A stretch of 48,731 nt of DNA, taken from NCBI GenBank assembly GCA_002104905.1, contig MCFE01000664.1, positions 1-48,731 on the forward strand, written 5' to 3'. Every line of letters begins with the position of its first letter. Position 1 is the first letter of the stretch. The position numbers and the translations under genes were made by a program. The notes beneath the pieces were generated by a model. The model saw nothing but the letters and a program-made list of their open reading frames with translations, made no database searches and had not been told where the DNA came from. The stretch comes from Basidiobolus meristosporus CBS 931.73. Lineage: Eukaryota; Fungi; Basidiobolomycota. This document shows, one piece after another, positions 1-12,816 of this stretch.

Positions 1-730
1 CATTACAGCTACAGGAATGTAAATGTCAATGATGACCCACTGTACTTGACATTTTAAATAAAGTTGTGGTACCACATATGCAAGCATATGTAGTACTATT
101 TCCACTTTGGTTTGACTCACTTTGATATAAACATGCTGCCAAAAAATAAAGCAAAGCCATCTGGTTCCAAACTAAACCCCACTGCTGAAAACAGCAGAAG
201 AGCAATTGGACAACAGCTGTGAAGTTCCCACCAAAGTCATGCAAGAAGGGTATTGTGGTAGAATTACTCAGTGAATGGTATATGTTGATGTAGTTACTTG
301 TTGAATGTGTAGTAAGGCTAAATGTTAGTGTAGAGTATAGGGACTAGTATAGTTCACTATAGTTGATAATTGAGGTACAACTGAAGTTTGAAAGGAAACA
401 AACCACTTATATGCATGAAAAGTAAGAGCATTGTTTGAGTCAGGAAGTAAGGTGTCTGAAAAGGAGGCAAAAGCCAATCAATATAAACAAGCATAGCAAG
501 TGATTGAGTATCTGGGATCAGAAAGTGTGAGAATTGGCCGAGAATCAATTGAAAGCCACTTATATATTGTTGTGATGTAAAGTCTTGATTAAGTCTTTTA
601 TGAAATCTGAGGTGTGATTTTTTGCAAATGGTCTTTGCACAGTGTCCCAGTGGCATCAATACAGCTTAGTCAGAGGATTCAGCATTTGCAATGGCTTTTG
701 ATGGGATTATTACAATTACTCTTCATAGGG
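1..730 (+). mobile_element. Right end of an internally deleted CACTA-like copy (left end lies outside the window)
   Basis: 16-236 matches the accessory-gene start of the complete copy (12703 onward; MLPKNKAK vs MPPKNKAK). It then jumps to sequence matching ~14700-15200 and ends in the family TIR ...attactcttcataggg at 730. Confidence 0.85.
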
Positions 731-2173
731 ATACATAGGTGATGTTCACTTGGTTATTTACCCATTCTCTCACTTTTCAATCTTGGACACTCCATTGCCT
801 ACTATGTTTGTTTACATGGATTACTATTGCATCTATTTCACAGTCCTTACTTCCTACTCAAACAATACTCTTACTGTTCATGCATACAAGTTGGCTTATT
901 TCTGTTCAATCCTCAATTATAACACAATTGCTAATTGTACTAACCAAGCCTCAAACTCAACAAGTTGCTACATTAAGGCAACTATTCAGTACAATTTTTG
1001 CCAGAAAACCCTTGTTCCATGACATTAGCTACAGCCCTACAGCTATATGCTATTGTGCATTCATTGGTTCCCATACATACTGATCTTCAGCCTGCACTGC
1101 ACTGACTACCACTTACACAACCAGGCTTTGCAATCAATCTTTGCAATATTCACATGTGTCCTCATGAGCTCTGCCCAGGAACAACTGCTGCAAAATTTTG
1201 CTATGCCTATTATAGCCCTAAAGCTCCATTGTAAGCATAGTGATGGTATTCTCAGCTCTTTACATCCTACTCTGTCAGTCAGTGAGATCTCCACTTTGTC
1301 TACAATGGATGACCTGGAGGTCATAGTTGGCAAGCAGCTTTTGTTTTGTTGGTGATTATTCTTGGCTTTTATGGCATTCAGTCTGCTACAGACTTATGGC
1401 ATTAATTGGTGAGAACTGCAACTGCTCTCTTGTGCTTCACTTTCTCTTGCTTGCATAAGCCATTTTCCTTTATCACTGCAAGATTGCTTGCTGCAACTTT
1501 GTCTGAGTGTCTCTTGTATTAATCTACATTTTTGCCTTGATAAATCCTGCACTAACCCATCTGTTCCAACTTCCTTGTCCCTTACCTGCACTCTTCCAGC
1601 TACCAGTTGTATTTTTTGCTTGTTTTGAGCTTTCAGCCCTGGTTGTGACAGACTCCTGACAAAGCTACTGTACTTATCACTGCCTGGTGCTTTACCTCTA
1701 GCATGACAAAGTGCTTCTCAAGCACAACTATGCATTTTCATGATGAATGCTGCACTATTGAATTTGTCTCTGCCTACTTGTCTCTTACTGGCACATTTCC
1801 AGCTAGCTCACATTTAATCCCTACCTGTTCAGAGCTGATGGCCCTGCTTCTAGTAAGCTCTTGATCCATGGCACCCTTGTTGTTCTGTTATTGTTAGCTT
1901 CTGCTATTTTTAAAATACTCTCCTAGCACACCAATGCTGGTCCAAGCCTGTTTCCTTGTTTAAATACTGGAAGATGCTCAAGGAATAGGTGAAGTGCACT
2001 TGGCGTAACTGCAAGTTCCTGAGGGTCCAGTGTTATGTCAGCCTACAGGTTATGGAATACTAGACCTTTTTCAGCCTCTTGAATAGAGGCCCACTCCTCT
2101 TCATTGTGCTTTAAGGCTTCACAGAGCTTCAATGTTAGCTGATCTTAAGCTGTGGTATAAATACCACAGTCTC
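731..2173 (-). mobile_element. Older fragment of the same CACTA-like family (accessory-gene region), interrupted at 730/731 by the copy above
   Basis: Reverse complement aligns by eye to ~13470-15040 (e.g. gagactgtggtatttataccacagc vs gacaatgtggtgtttataccaaagc). Heavily mutated. Confidence 0.8.
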
Positions 2174-2300
2174 TGTTGAGATAATGGATTATTTGGTATA
2201 TTCAGTAGCTAAAAACTTCCTCAACAATTTTTGACTAGTCTTGGTCACTGTAGGACTAATCAACAGCCCTAACCTTGCCACTGTAATCATATCTATGATC
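2174..2300 (+). mobile_element. Diverged LTR fragment of Copia family 2
   Basis: Starts tgttgagata. tatttggtatattcagtagctaaaaa...gtcactgtaggact matches the LTR at 4135-4336. Confidence 0.65.
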
Positions 2301-2392
2301 CTTTTCCTTGAAGATATCAGTTAAAGTGGCTGCAATACTTGCAAAGGATCTAACAAATCTCCAATAATAGGAAACCATTCCAAAGAAAGATC

Positions 2393-2423
<31 letters not shown>

Positions 2424-3303
2424 TGTGTTTATGGGTTTACTCCAGAGTTTTAATAACTTCAACCTTCTTAGGGTCTAAGGTCACTCATGTGCTAGTCACT
2501 ATGTGTCCAAGATATTCAATGTGTTCCTTGAAGAATTTACACTTGGCTAGCTTGCCATATAGCTTGTTCTCTCTAAGCTTCTTCAAGAACATTTCAATTA
2601 GTGCCAAGTGATCATCTTTTCCAGTGCGGTATACCAATACATCTTCAATATAGATTATCACATACTTGTTTAAGTACTCCTGGAAGACAGTCTGCATAAA
2701 GGTCATGAATGTTGCAGGGGCATTGGTGAGGCCATAACTAATGACTAAGTAGTTGTAGTGCCCATATCTGTTCTTGAATGCCATCTTAAGGATATCTTCT
2801 AACTTCACCCTAATCTGGTTGTATCCTAATATGGGGTCAATCTTGCTGAATATAGTGGCTCCATTGAGTTGGTCCAAAAGCTCATCAATCCAAGGCTTGG
2901 GGTACTTATTCTTTGCAGTAACTGAGTTGAGGGCTCTGTAGTCAATGCACATTCCAAGTGTTCTATCCTTCTTTTTTACCAAGAGTACTAGTGCTCCCCA
3001 AGATGACTAGCTGGGTCTGATATATCCTTGCTCTAATAATTGATCTACTTGTCACTTCATCTCTTCCAACTCCAACAGACTCATTGTGTAGGGTGTCTTA
3101 CTCTCTGGAGGGTCATCTCCTGTGTTGATGGCTGAATCCCCATCTCTGACTGGTGGTAGGCTTATAAGTTCATCTGGAAATACATCTGAATATTTCTTCA
3201 AAGAGTCTGGACCTCCTAGGGTGCTGGAATAGAGGAACCCTCCTGTATTACTGCCATAAGGAGCATCTGGGTATCTTCTCTAAGTGCTCTAAAGAACGGT
3301 GTC
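2301..3303 (-). pseudogene. Ty3/Gypsy pol fragment (reverse transcriptase and start of the RNase H/connection region)
   Basis: ORF 2485-2982: VKKKD..MCIDYRALN, FSKID..GYNQI, YGLTNAPATF, YIED (degenerate YxDD), KCKF..YLGH. RSFFGMVSYY..F at ~2300-2390. Stops and frameshifts elsewhere. Confidence 0.9.
2397..2422. repeat. (TA)n microsatellite
   Basis: tatatatatatatatatatgtatata read directly. Confidence 0.9.
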
Positions 3304-4134
3304 TGTTGCAATTTAAGAAGTGATTTGGATATAAGGAACTTATCAAGAAATAGTGATAATAGTTGAACTGTTGTTTATTCATAAAGAAGCTCAGTATTTA
3401 TACCTTTGTAGAAGTAATACAGCTGCAACACTAAGTAGGGAGGGTTTCTCAATATTCAGGAGCATTCTGTAACAGTTTCAGGGTTAGTACATAATGTTTG
3501 GTAATAGTGCTAATTTGATCCTGACTATAGGGGAATAATCATAAGATCATATATCTGGAGAAAGTGGCGAAGTTAAGGCAGTAAATGAGTCCTACAGTGA
3601 CTAAGACTAGCCTAGAATTGTTAAGTAAATTTTTAGCTGCTGAATGATACCAAATAGTCCAATATTTCAACACTCCCCCTCAACTAAATAATTTCTTAAT
3701 CCCAATTTCTCTCTAAGGATCTCAAACTGTGGCCTAGCTAGTGGTTTTGTCAATATGTCTGCCACCATTTTGTCAGTTGGGCAGTAAACCAGCTCCACTA
3801 AGTTATTTTCTACAGCTTCCCTCACAAAGTGATGCTGTATATCAATGTGCTTAGTTCTGGCATGATTAGTAGGATTTCTAGCTAATGAAATACAACTTTG
3901 ATTATCCTTGTAAATACATGTTGGTTCACCTGAATTAAAACCTAAGTGTTTGAATAATTTTTGTGGCCATATAGCCTCCTTAGTTGCTTGACATGCAGCC
4001 ATATATTCGGCTTCAATTGTAGATAGTGCCACAGTTGGTTGTTTCTTGCAATTCCAAGTAATAGCTGCACCAGCATAAAGAAATACACAGCCTGTGGTAG
4101 AGCGTCTGTCAATCAAATCCCTACCCCAATCTGA
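3304..4134 (-). mobile_element. 3' end of a Ty1/Copia element (family 2): RNase H coding end, polypurine tract and complete 369-bp 3' LTR (3304-3672)
   Basis: ORF 3667-4116 has [46 protein letters not shown]. The PPT gagggggag abuts the LTR. LTR ends are TGTTGCAA/TTTCAACA. Confidence 0.9.
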
Positions 4135-4336
4135 TGTTGAAATATTGGACTATTTGGTATCATTCAGCAGCTAAAAAATTTACTTAACAATTCTAGGATA
4201 GTCTTAGTCACTGTAGGACTCATTTACTGCCTTAACTTCGCCACTTTCTCCAGATATATGATCTTATGATTATTCCCCTATAGTCAGGATCAAATTAGCA
4301 CTATTACCAAACATTATGTACTAACCCTGAAACTGT
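4135..4336 (+). mobile_element. Truncated Copia family-2 LTR in opposite orientation, inserted in the RNase H region
   Basis: Begins tgttgaaatattgg and is a near-exact reverse complement of ~3470-3672. Confidence 0.85.
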
Positions 4337-5647
4337 ATATAGTGAGGGATAACTTATGCAATAAGGTAAGCAGGTGTGATAGTCAACCAGCTTATGGGAT
4401 AGTAGTGATCTGGTAAGACAAATAGGATAAAACTAAAATAAGGGTAGTAGGGAAAGAGGGAAGTAGAAAATATAGGAATGAGCACATCTGTTAGTGGGTG
4501 TCACTGTGACCCCACTACAGTGGCATTAATTGGCAAGAACTGCAGTTTTTTTGCATGCCTCCCTGTCTCAGGCTTAGGTAGACATTTTTCCTTTTACCTC
4601 TTCCTTTATCAGTGCTGGGTCTTTCACTGCTACTTTGTCTGAGTGCTTCTTGTGAAGAACTACATTTTCTCCTGGATAAAGTCTGCTCTGACACATCTGT
4701 TTTGGTATGCTTGCTCCTTACTGGCACACTTCTGGCAACCTGATGTTTCTTTTCTGCATGTTTTGAGCTCTCAACCAGAGTTGTGATGGGCTCCTGTAGA
4801 AGCAGGTGGTTTTTATCACTGCAAGGTCCTTCACTGCTACTTTGACTGGGAGCTTCTTCAGTGGTACTATGCATTTTCCTTGATAAATGTTATGCTGGTG
4901 CATCCATGTCTGCCTGCTTATCCTAATGGCACTCTTCCAGCTACCTGACATCTCTTTGTTGCTTGTCTGGACCTCTTGGCCCTGCTTGTAATGGGCTCTT
5001 GAGGAAGCCACTGGTTTTTAGCCATGGTACCCTTGTACTTCTGCCGTTGATAGCTTCTGCTATTCTTAAGATACTTTCTTAGCATACCAATGCTGGCCCA
5101 AAATCCATTTGCCCATTTGAATCCAGGATAATGCTCATGGAACAAGTCAAGTGCATTCTGCTTAGCCTTGAGTTCCTAATGGTCCCATGGTATGCCAGCC
5201 TTAAGGTGATGGTGTGTAGACTTCTGATGGCCTCTTGTATATTAGCCCACTCTTCATTCTTGCACTCAACAGCTTCACAGATCTACAAAGTCTTTTGATT
5301 TTTAGGCTTGGGTATAAACAAAATATTGTCTCCCTCCCATGCTGTGATAGGTTTTTCTGTGGGCTTTATCTTTGGGCATTGTTGTTGTGCCTCAAAGACT
5401 GTACAGTGTTCCTCTGCTGTTACATTGGAAAATGGTTCAATTCTTGGCTGTGACATTGAGTTACTTGAGTTCCTTCTTTGCAGCAAAGATACTGCTTTCT
5501 CTACCTGGGATATTGATTGCTCTACACATATTATCCACTCATCCTGTTTCTGGACTATTTCTGGACTTCTCTGGGCTATTGCATCTATCCTATTTGCCAC
5601 CACACCTAATTGCTTCATTAATGCTTTGGTATGAGCTGACAACATAC

Positions 5648-6168
5648 TATTATGAATAGACACAAGGCAGGAGGAAAAGCTAGGCACGGCAGGAAAGGAC
5701 TTAGGTGTGGACCATCAAGGCAAGACAGGATTCAAGGCAAGGCTGTTTATTCAAGACCTGTGTTTATCAGACTGAGGAATACTTAAGGGGGGATAGGACT
5801 ATATATACTTTCTGGCTATACTGATGCCAAGAGATATTAGCTAATACTAATGGGATTGTGGGGTGAGGCACAGCAATGGTGCTGGGGATAATGACATGGA
5901 TGACAAGGCACTGAGACAGGATGGGGAAATGGATTGGGTCACCTGATCATGTGACTAAGTCATGTGGCCTGGTATTTCCATATATGGTACTGGATTATGA
6001 AAAATACAATGGAAAGCTTCCATGGAATGTTCCATTGTGTAACAATGGTTTGGAATGGTCAGGAACTTTCTGGAAGGTTGTAGAAGATTCCAGAAGGAAT
6101 CTCTTGGAAATTGAGCTAGGAAGCTGAAACTTGGCATGAGTGTTTGTGGTTGTCATGTAATCATGACA
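5648..6168. mobile_element. Solo LTR (521 bp) with 5-bp TSD CATAC
   Basis: Interrupts the accessory gene relative to copy B. Ends are tattatga (degenerate TGTCATGA)...tcatgaca. CATAC at 5643-5647 and 6169-6173. Confidence 0.8.
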
Positions 6169-6611
6169 CATACTTGCTAATATGGGTGGTGGTGATGTTA
6201 TCATGGCCACTTGCTGACCATCAACTGAGGGTACCGTGTTTGCTACATTCTCATCTGCCTGAGCATAACTGTCAGCTTGTGGCTCTACAAAGGTTCTTAA
6301 TTGCCTACTTAATTGAGAGCCTGAGGAGTCCACATTATTACCTTCAATGGGCACACTGTCCACAGGGCCTTTTTTGGATGTAGCCCTGCTTGTTGCACTG
6401 AATGTCAGAGCAAGCTGTTGTCCAACTGCTCTTCTGTTGCCATCAGCAGTGGGGTTTGGTTGAGAACCAGATGGCTTGCTTTATTTTTGGCAGCATATAT
6501 ATGGAAGTAAGTCAAACCAAAGGGGAAATAGTGTTACATATACTTGTGTATGTGGTGCCACAACTTTATTTATAATGCTTACTATGTCAGTTCATCATTG
6601 AATCTTACATT

Positions 6612-6979
6612 TGTTACAAGTCTTGGTATAAGAGTTGTAGAGGAATAGGAAGTTTAGCTAGTATTGTATTCACTAAAACTTGAACTGATTTTTATTGAGG
6701 TTCCAGCAGCTCCTTATATATATTTTGCCAGATCAATTGCTGACTAATTGTATTTCCTGATGTAGGTTGTGGCTGATGACTCATTTGATTGCATCATCAT
6801 CACCCAATAAGATCCTACTTAATATATCTATTTCTGTCTGATAAGGATCTGCTGATTCATTTGCTGACTAATGCTACTGATTTCATAGATAATACTGATA
6901 TACTGATAACCTAAACATATAGTGATTGATTTGACTAAAAACTGATCTAACTTAAACATTCAAGCGGCAGATCATAACA
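6612..6979. mobile_element. Solo LTR (368 bp) with 4-bp TSD CATT
   Basis: TGTTA...TAACA ends. CATT at 6608-6611 and 6980-6983. The empty site tcttacattcatg is seen (reverse strand) in copy B at ~12700. Confidence 0.82.
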
Positions 6980-7090
6980 CATTCATGTAGGTGCAATGTA
7001 TCAAATACAAGACTGTCTTAAGTTCACATGAGTATCAGCCAAAAGGAAATATATTAACATTACATTGTTGAAGGTCAAACTGTTTGCCCC

Positions 7091-9428
7091 ATGGACAAGA
7101 CTACTTTGACTCTATGCCATAAGAGAAGAGAAAAAAGACCATGCGGCTATTGTAGCAAGTCTCTTGGCCATGTAGCATGCAGACAGCATAGGAAGTATTA
7201 CAAGGATCAGGGCCAGTGTTTTGCCACCCAAGTCATATTTGACCATTCATTGATCACTACTGTACCAACATTATCTTGCCGGCCAGTTGATACTTCTATA
7301 TTGACACCTGGCCATCTCTGTCACCCTGCACAAGCTGAGTCAGGTGAGTTTTTGATGCCTTTAGGCTTAACTCAGCCTTCTGAGTATGGCATGCAGAGTG
7401 ATAGCTCTGACAAAGAAGGTGCATTGATGGATCTTAAGCCTATCTCCCCTAACAACAGTACAACATATGAGCCCAGTCAAATCCCCATATGCAATGAGAC
7501 AACACCCATTGAAACAAATGCCAAGGATACTTTATGGAGCCAAGTGAGCCCAGTAATCCATCTACCGGTGAATGATGTAATGTTGTGGCTAGAGAAGTGA
7601 CACTTTTCCACTAATATCAGTAATGGGGGCTTTGAGGATTTATTACTACTTCTTGCCAAAATCATACTGGGATGCAACTCACCATGTACATGGTACAAGT
7701 GGACAACCATCATACAGCTGCCAACATATGATCCAGAGACTGTCCTGATTCCAGCATGTGTTAACAGTTGCATGGCATACACATGCAAAAATGCTACCAT
7801 TGCAATGTGTCCAAGTTGTCAGGAATCCACCACCATTGAGCAAATCATTGTTCACACTCTGGATACATTCCGGTCATACCCTGTCTGAGGAAGCCAATGC
7901 AATCTAACAAATATTGGAAAGCTATACAGTACTGCACTCAGTATCAATCAAGCGCAAACATATCCAATATATTTGATAGCAAACATTACAAACAGCTAAG
8001 AAGCAAGGGCTACTTTGAAGCTATGTATGACCATGCCTTTGCATTAGCACTTGAAGGATTCTCATTAAACAGGTACTCTACTAGCAAATCCTGCTGGCCA
8101 CTGATTCTCATCAATCTGAGTCTACCACCCATCTTACAGTATCAGAGCAATAATCTGATGGTAGTCTCACTGGTATCTGGGCCTAAATCACTGTATAACC
8201 TGGATAGCTACCTGTATCTATTACTGGATGAATTTTGTATGCTTTCCTGCAGGATAATGGTAAATGGCTGTCATGTAAAAGTGCATATTATTATTTGCAT
8301 TGGAGATACCCCAGCCATCAGCAAGATAGCAGGTTTTTCCTGGCACAATAGATGGTATTGCTGTCAAATGTGTGAGATCCAGGGGATTTACTTCATAACT
8401 CACACACATTATTATTACCCAAACACCAGCACTAAGAACATCATCTTTCCACAAAGAGAACATACAGAAGTAAGCATGCAATTGCAGCAAAGTTGGCAAG
8501 CTATAAGCCATTGGCAAGAATATGGAATCAATTGGAAACCTGAGATACTTAAGATAGAAGGTATCTGTTGGAGCAAAAGTTTCCACTGGGAGCAATGCAT
8601 TTGCTTCTCAGCAACATCTCTATACTGATGACCAAGTTGTACCTGGGGCATTTCAAGCTAAATGAGCCCTTTGAGATACTGGAGAAATTTGAAAAATTGG
8701 CAAGATATTATAGAGTATCCGCTACCCTAAGTACCTCTCACAGGCTCCAATTAATATTCATACGCATTTGCAATAATACAAATGCAAAGACTGGATGAAC
8801 TGGATAGGTATATATTTAAGTGGTATTCTGAAGCCATTCCTAACAAGAGTACATTGGAAGTATTGGGAGTCATATGTGGACATTAAAGGAATATTTATCC
8901 AGAAACAGATCACCAATGCCAACTTGACACATGCACAGCTGTTGTGCAAGGAGGTTGTGACAGGATTTGAGTGGCTCTACCACAAACATAAAGCTGAATG
9001 TGTAGATCTCTGCCGCTACTGTATCCATTCTTTACTCCATCTTGCATGGTGTGTGGAGAATATCAGGCCTTGCTTCACCTTTTGGGAGTTTCCTATGGAG
9101 CAGATGTGTGGGGAGATAGGAAGACAAGTCAAATTGCAAGTACTGCCATATCCCAATCTCATCCAGAATATTACCTTCAAGTCCGTCATGGATGTGATGA
9201 GTTGGCACATGGAGGACAGCCAGAAAGAGTTGGAAAATACTGAGGACAAATGTGCACATGGAGACACCTATGCCTATGGCATTATGAATCTAAGCAGCCC
9301 CAATACATGGGTAATCAGATAAGTAATGCAAAGTTGGGTTGGGTGCAACAAGCAACTAATTTTTATCAGGAAAACTCTGCCAAGATATGCTGGATTTCTC
9401 ATGGTCACAAGCCAACTTCTACACCATT
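7091..9428 (+). pseudogene. CACTA/EnSpm (Tnp2) transposase of copy A, disrupted; continues at 15203-~15790
   Basis: N-terminal CxxC..H. Transposase_21-type motifs IFDSKHY, ALALEGF, CWPLILINLSLPP, GPK..LDSYL, GDTPAISK..YCCQMC. DUF4218-type IHSLLHLA..FWEFPMEQMCG. Multiple stops and frameshifts. Confidence 0.88.
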
Positions 9429-9699
9429 CCCTATGAAAAATAATTTGGCCCTGAGGGTGGATCTGATCCAGATCTTCCATCAAGATCCCGTTTAGAGGCC
9501 ATCATAATAACAGCAGCTTGGAATTAGTGACCCTCCTGACAATGTTATAACAAGATAATGACGGTGTTTTGCAAATTTTACAGCCAAATAAAGGTATAAA
9601 CTTGACATTTTTAGATCGGTGCTGTGACAATATTTACATGGTATTGTTGCGGTCTTTCAGCACTCTATTACTATTTTAAGTGGATCCAGTTGGCCAGGA

Positions 9700-12594
9700 C
9701 TTCCAATTACCTTATATGACAAGAAACTTGACGGTATTTTGACAGCCTCACAGCAAAGCTCTGATGGCTTTTTCTTGGCAGGATGACAGCCTGCCACTGG
9801 TTCTGTATAATGCTACCATACCAATTTACCAAATGGTATTTCCTTTTTCTACCTCCCCTTGTGCAATTCATATATTCCACTGTAGAATCACCTTTCTTTA
9901 TTTGCTTACCCACTACTACCTTGGGTATTCTACACATAGTTTGAATCAAAAAAAACTATGGCCTCCTGCTTACTAACCTCTACAAACATGCACACCTGCC
10001 GCAATTGACATACTTCTATCACCTCAACTTTACGCTTTTTAGTGTGATACTTGCAAAGCTGGCATATACCTTGTACTGCTGGTAGCATATACTTCTTGCA
10101 AACATATGCTTGGTTGTTGCCACTTCTGCCATGAATACCTTCTGAATATTGGCAAAGAACTTCTTGGTATTTAGCCCATATATTCCTTCTCCCTGCCAGA
10201 TTCTAGTCCCCCTCATAGGTGCACTCTGGCTTTTGTTTGTGTGAACTCCATATTGAATGGTGTAGAAGTTGGCTTGTGGCCATGAGAGATCCTGCATATC
10301 TTAGTGGAGTTTTCCTGATAAAAATTAGTTGCTTATTGCACCCAACCCAATTTTGCATTACTTAACTGATAACCCACACATTGGGGCTGCTTAGCTTCTT
10401 AATGCCTTGGGCATAGGTGTCTCCATGTGCACATTTGTCCTCTGTATTTTCCAACTTTTTCTGGCTGTCCTCCATGTGCCAACTCATCACATCCATGATT
10501 GACTTGAAGGTAATATTCTTGATGAGACTGGGATATGGTAGTACCTGCAACTTGAATTGTCTTCCTATCTCCCCACACATCTGCTCCATAGGAAACTCCC
10601 AAAAGGTAAAGCAAGGCCTGATATTCTTCACACACCGCGCAAGATGGAGTAGAGAATGGATACAGTAGCGGCAGAGATCTACACGTTCAGCTTTATGTTT
10701 GTAGTATAGCCGCTCAAATCCAATCACAAACTCCTCACACAACAGCTGTAGATGCTTCAAGTTGGCATTGGTGATCCGCTGCTGGATAAATATTCCTACA
10801 ATGTCCGCATATGACTCCCAATACTTCCAATGAACTCTTTGTAGGAATGGCTTCAGAATACCACTTGAATATATACCTATCCAGTTCATCCAGTCTTTGC
10901 ATTTGTATTGTTGCAAATGCATATGAATATTAATTGGAGTCAGTGGGAAGTACTTAGGGTAGTGGATACTCTGTAATATCTTGCCAATTTTTCAAATTTC
11001 TCCGGTATCTTGAAGGGCTCATTTAGCTTGAAATGCCCCAGGTACAACTGGTCATCAGTATAGAGATGTTGCTGAAAAGCAAATGCATTGCTCCCAGTGG
11101 AAACTTTTGCTCCAACAGATACCCTCTATCTTAAGTATCTCAGGTTTCCAATTGATTCCATATTCTGGCCAATGGCTTATAGCTTGCCAACTTTGCTGCA
11201 ATTGCATGCTTACTTCTGTATGTTCACTCTGTGGAAAGATGATGTTCTTAGTGCTGGTGTTTGGGTAATAATAATGTGTGTGAGTTATGAAGTAAATCCC
11301 CTGGATCTCACACATTTGACAGCAATACCATCCATTGTGCCCAGAAAAACCTGCTATCTTGCTGATGGTTGAGGTATCTCCAATGCAGAAAATAATATGG
11401 GCTTTTACATGATGGCCATTTGCCATTATCCTGCTGGAAAGCATACAAAATTCATCCAGCAATGGATACAAGTAGCTATCCAGGTTATACAGTGATTTAG
11501 GCCCAGATACCAGTGAGACTACCATCAGATTATTGCTCTGATACTGTAAGATGGGTGGTAGACTCAGATTGATGAGAATCAGTGGCCAGCAGGATTTGCT
11601 AGTAGAGTACCTGTTTAATGAGAATCCTTCAAGTGCTAATGCAAAGGCATGGTCATACATAGCTTCAAAGTAGCCCATGCTTCTTAGCTGTTTGTAATGT
11701 TTGCTATCAAATATATTGGATATGTTTGCGCTTGATTGATACTGAGTGCGGTACTGTATAGCTTTCCAATATTTGTTAGATTGCATTGGCTTCCTCAGAC
11801 AGGGTATGACTGGAATGTATCCAGAGTGTGAACAATGTTTTTGCTCAATGGTGGTAGATTCCTGACAACTTGGACATGTTGCAATGGTAGCATTTTTGGA
11901 TGTGAATGCCATACAACTGTTAGCACATGCTGGAATCAGGACAGCCCCTTGATCATATGTTGCCAGCTGCATGACAGTTGTCCACTTGTACCATGTACAT
12001 GGTAAGTTGCATCCTGGTATGATTTTGGCTAGAAGTAGTAATAAATCCTCAAAGCCCCCATTACTGATATTAGTAGAAACAAGCCACTTCTCTAGTTGCA
12101 CCATTACATCATTCACCTGTAGATGGATTACTGAGCTCACTAGGCTCTTTAAAAAGTCCTAAGCATTTGTTTCAATGGGTGTTGTCTCATTGCTTATAGG
12201 GATTTGACCGGGCTCATATGTGGTACTGTTGTTAGGGGAGATTGGCTCAAAATCCATCAGTGAACCTTCTTTGTCAGAGCTATCACTTTGTGTGCCATAT
12301 TCAGAAGGCTGAGGTAAGCCTTAAGGCATCAAAAACTCACCTGACTCAGTTTGTGCAAGGTGACAAAGATAGCCAGGTGCCAATACAGAAGTATCAACTG
12401 GCCAGCAAGATAATGTTGGTACAGTAGTGACCAATGAATGGTTGAATATGACTTGGGTGGCAAAACACTGGCCGTGATCCTTGTAATATTTCCTATGCTG
12501 TCTGCATGCCTTTATGGCTGAGAGGCTTGCCACAAAAGCCACATGGTCTTTTTTCTCTTCTCTTATGGCATAGAGTCAAAGTAGTCTTGTCCAT
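9700..12594 (-). pseudogene. CACTA/EnSpm (Tnp2) transposase of copy B, frameshifted
   Basis: ATG at 12594 (MDKTTLTL..PCGFCGK). ORFs 11055-12140 (ACANSCMAF..CPSC and Transposase_21 motifs) and 10362-10922 (DUF4218-type motifs). 3' limit approximate. Confidence 0.88.
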
Positions 12595-12816
12595 GGGGCA
12601 AACAGTTTGACCTTCAACAACAAAATGCTATTATATCACTTTTTGGTCAAAACTCATGTGAATTTAAGACAGTCTTGTATTTGAGACATTGCACCTACAT
12701 GAATGTAAGATTCAATGATGACCCGCCATAGTAGGCATTATAAATAAAGTTGTAGCACCACATACACAAGTATATGTAACACTATTTCCCCTTTGGTCTG
12801 ACTCACTTCCATATAT

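Noticed and set aside
357-1083. ORFs 357-659 (-), 739-1083 and 750-1022 (+) as a third, convergent transposon gene
   Set aside because: They are antisense shadows of the accessory gene's 3' region. The opposite strand gives the more protein-like reading with C>T-type stops.
4337-4509. Purine-rich segment that could be another LTR remnant
   Set aside because: No second terminus, TSD or homolog was found in the window.
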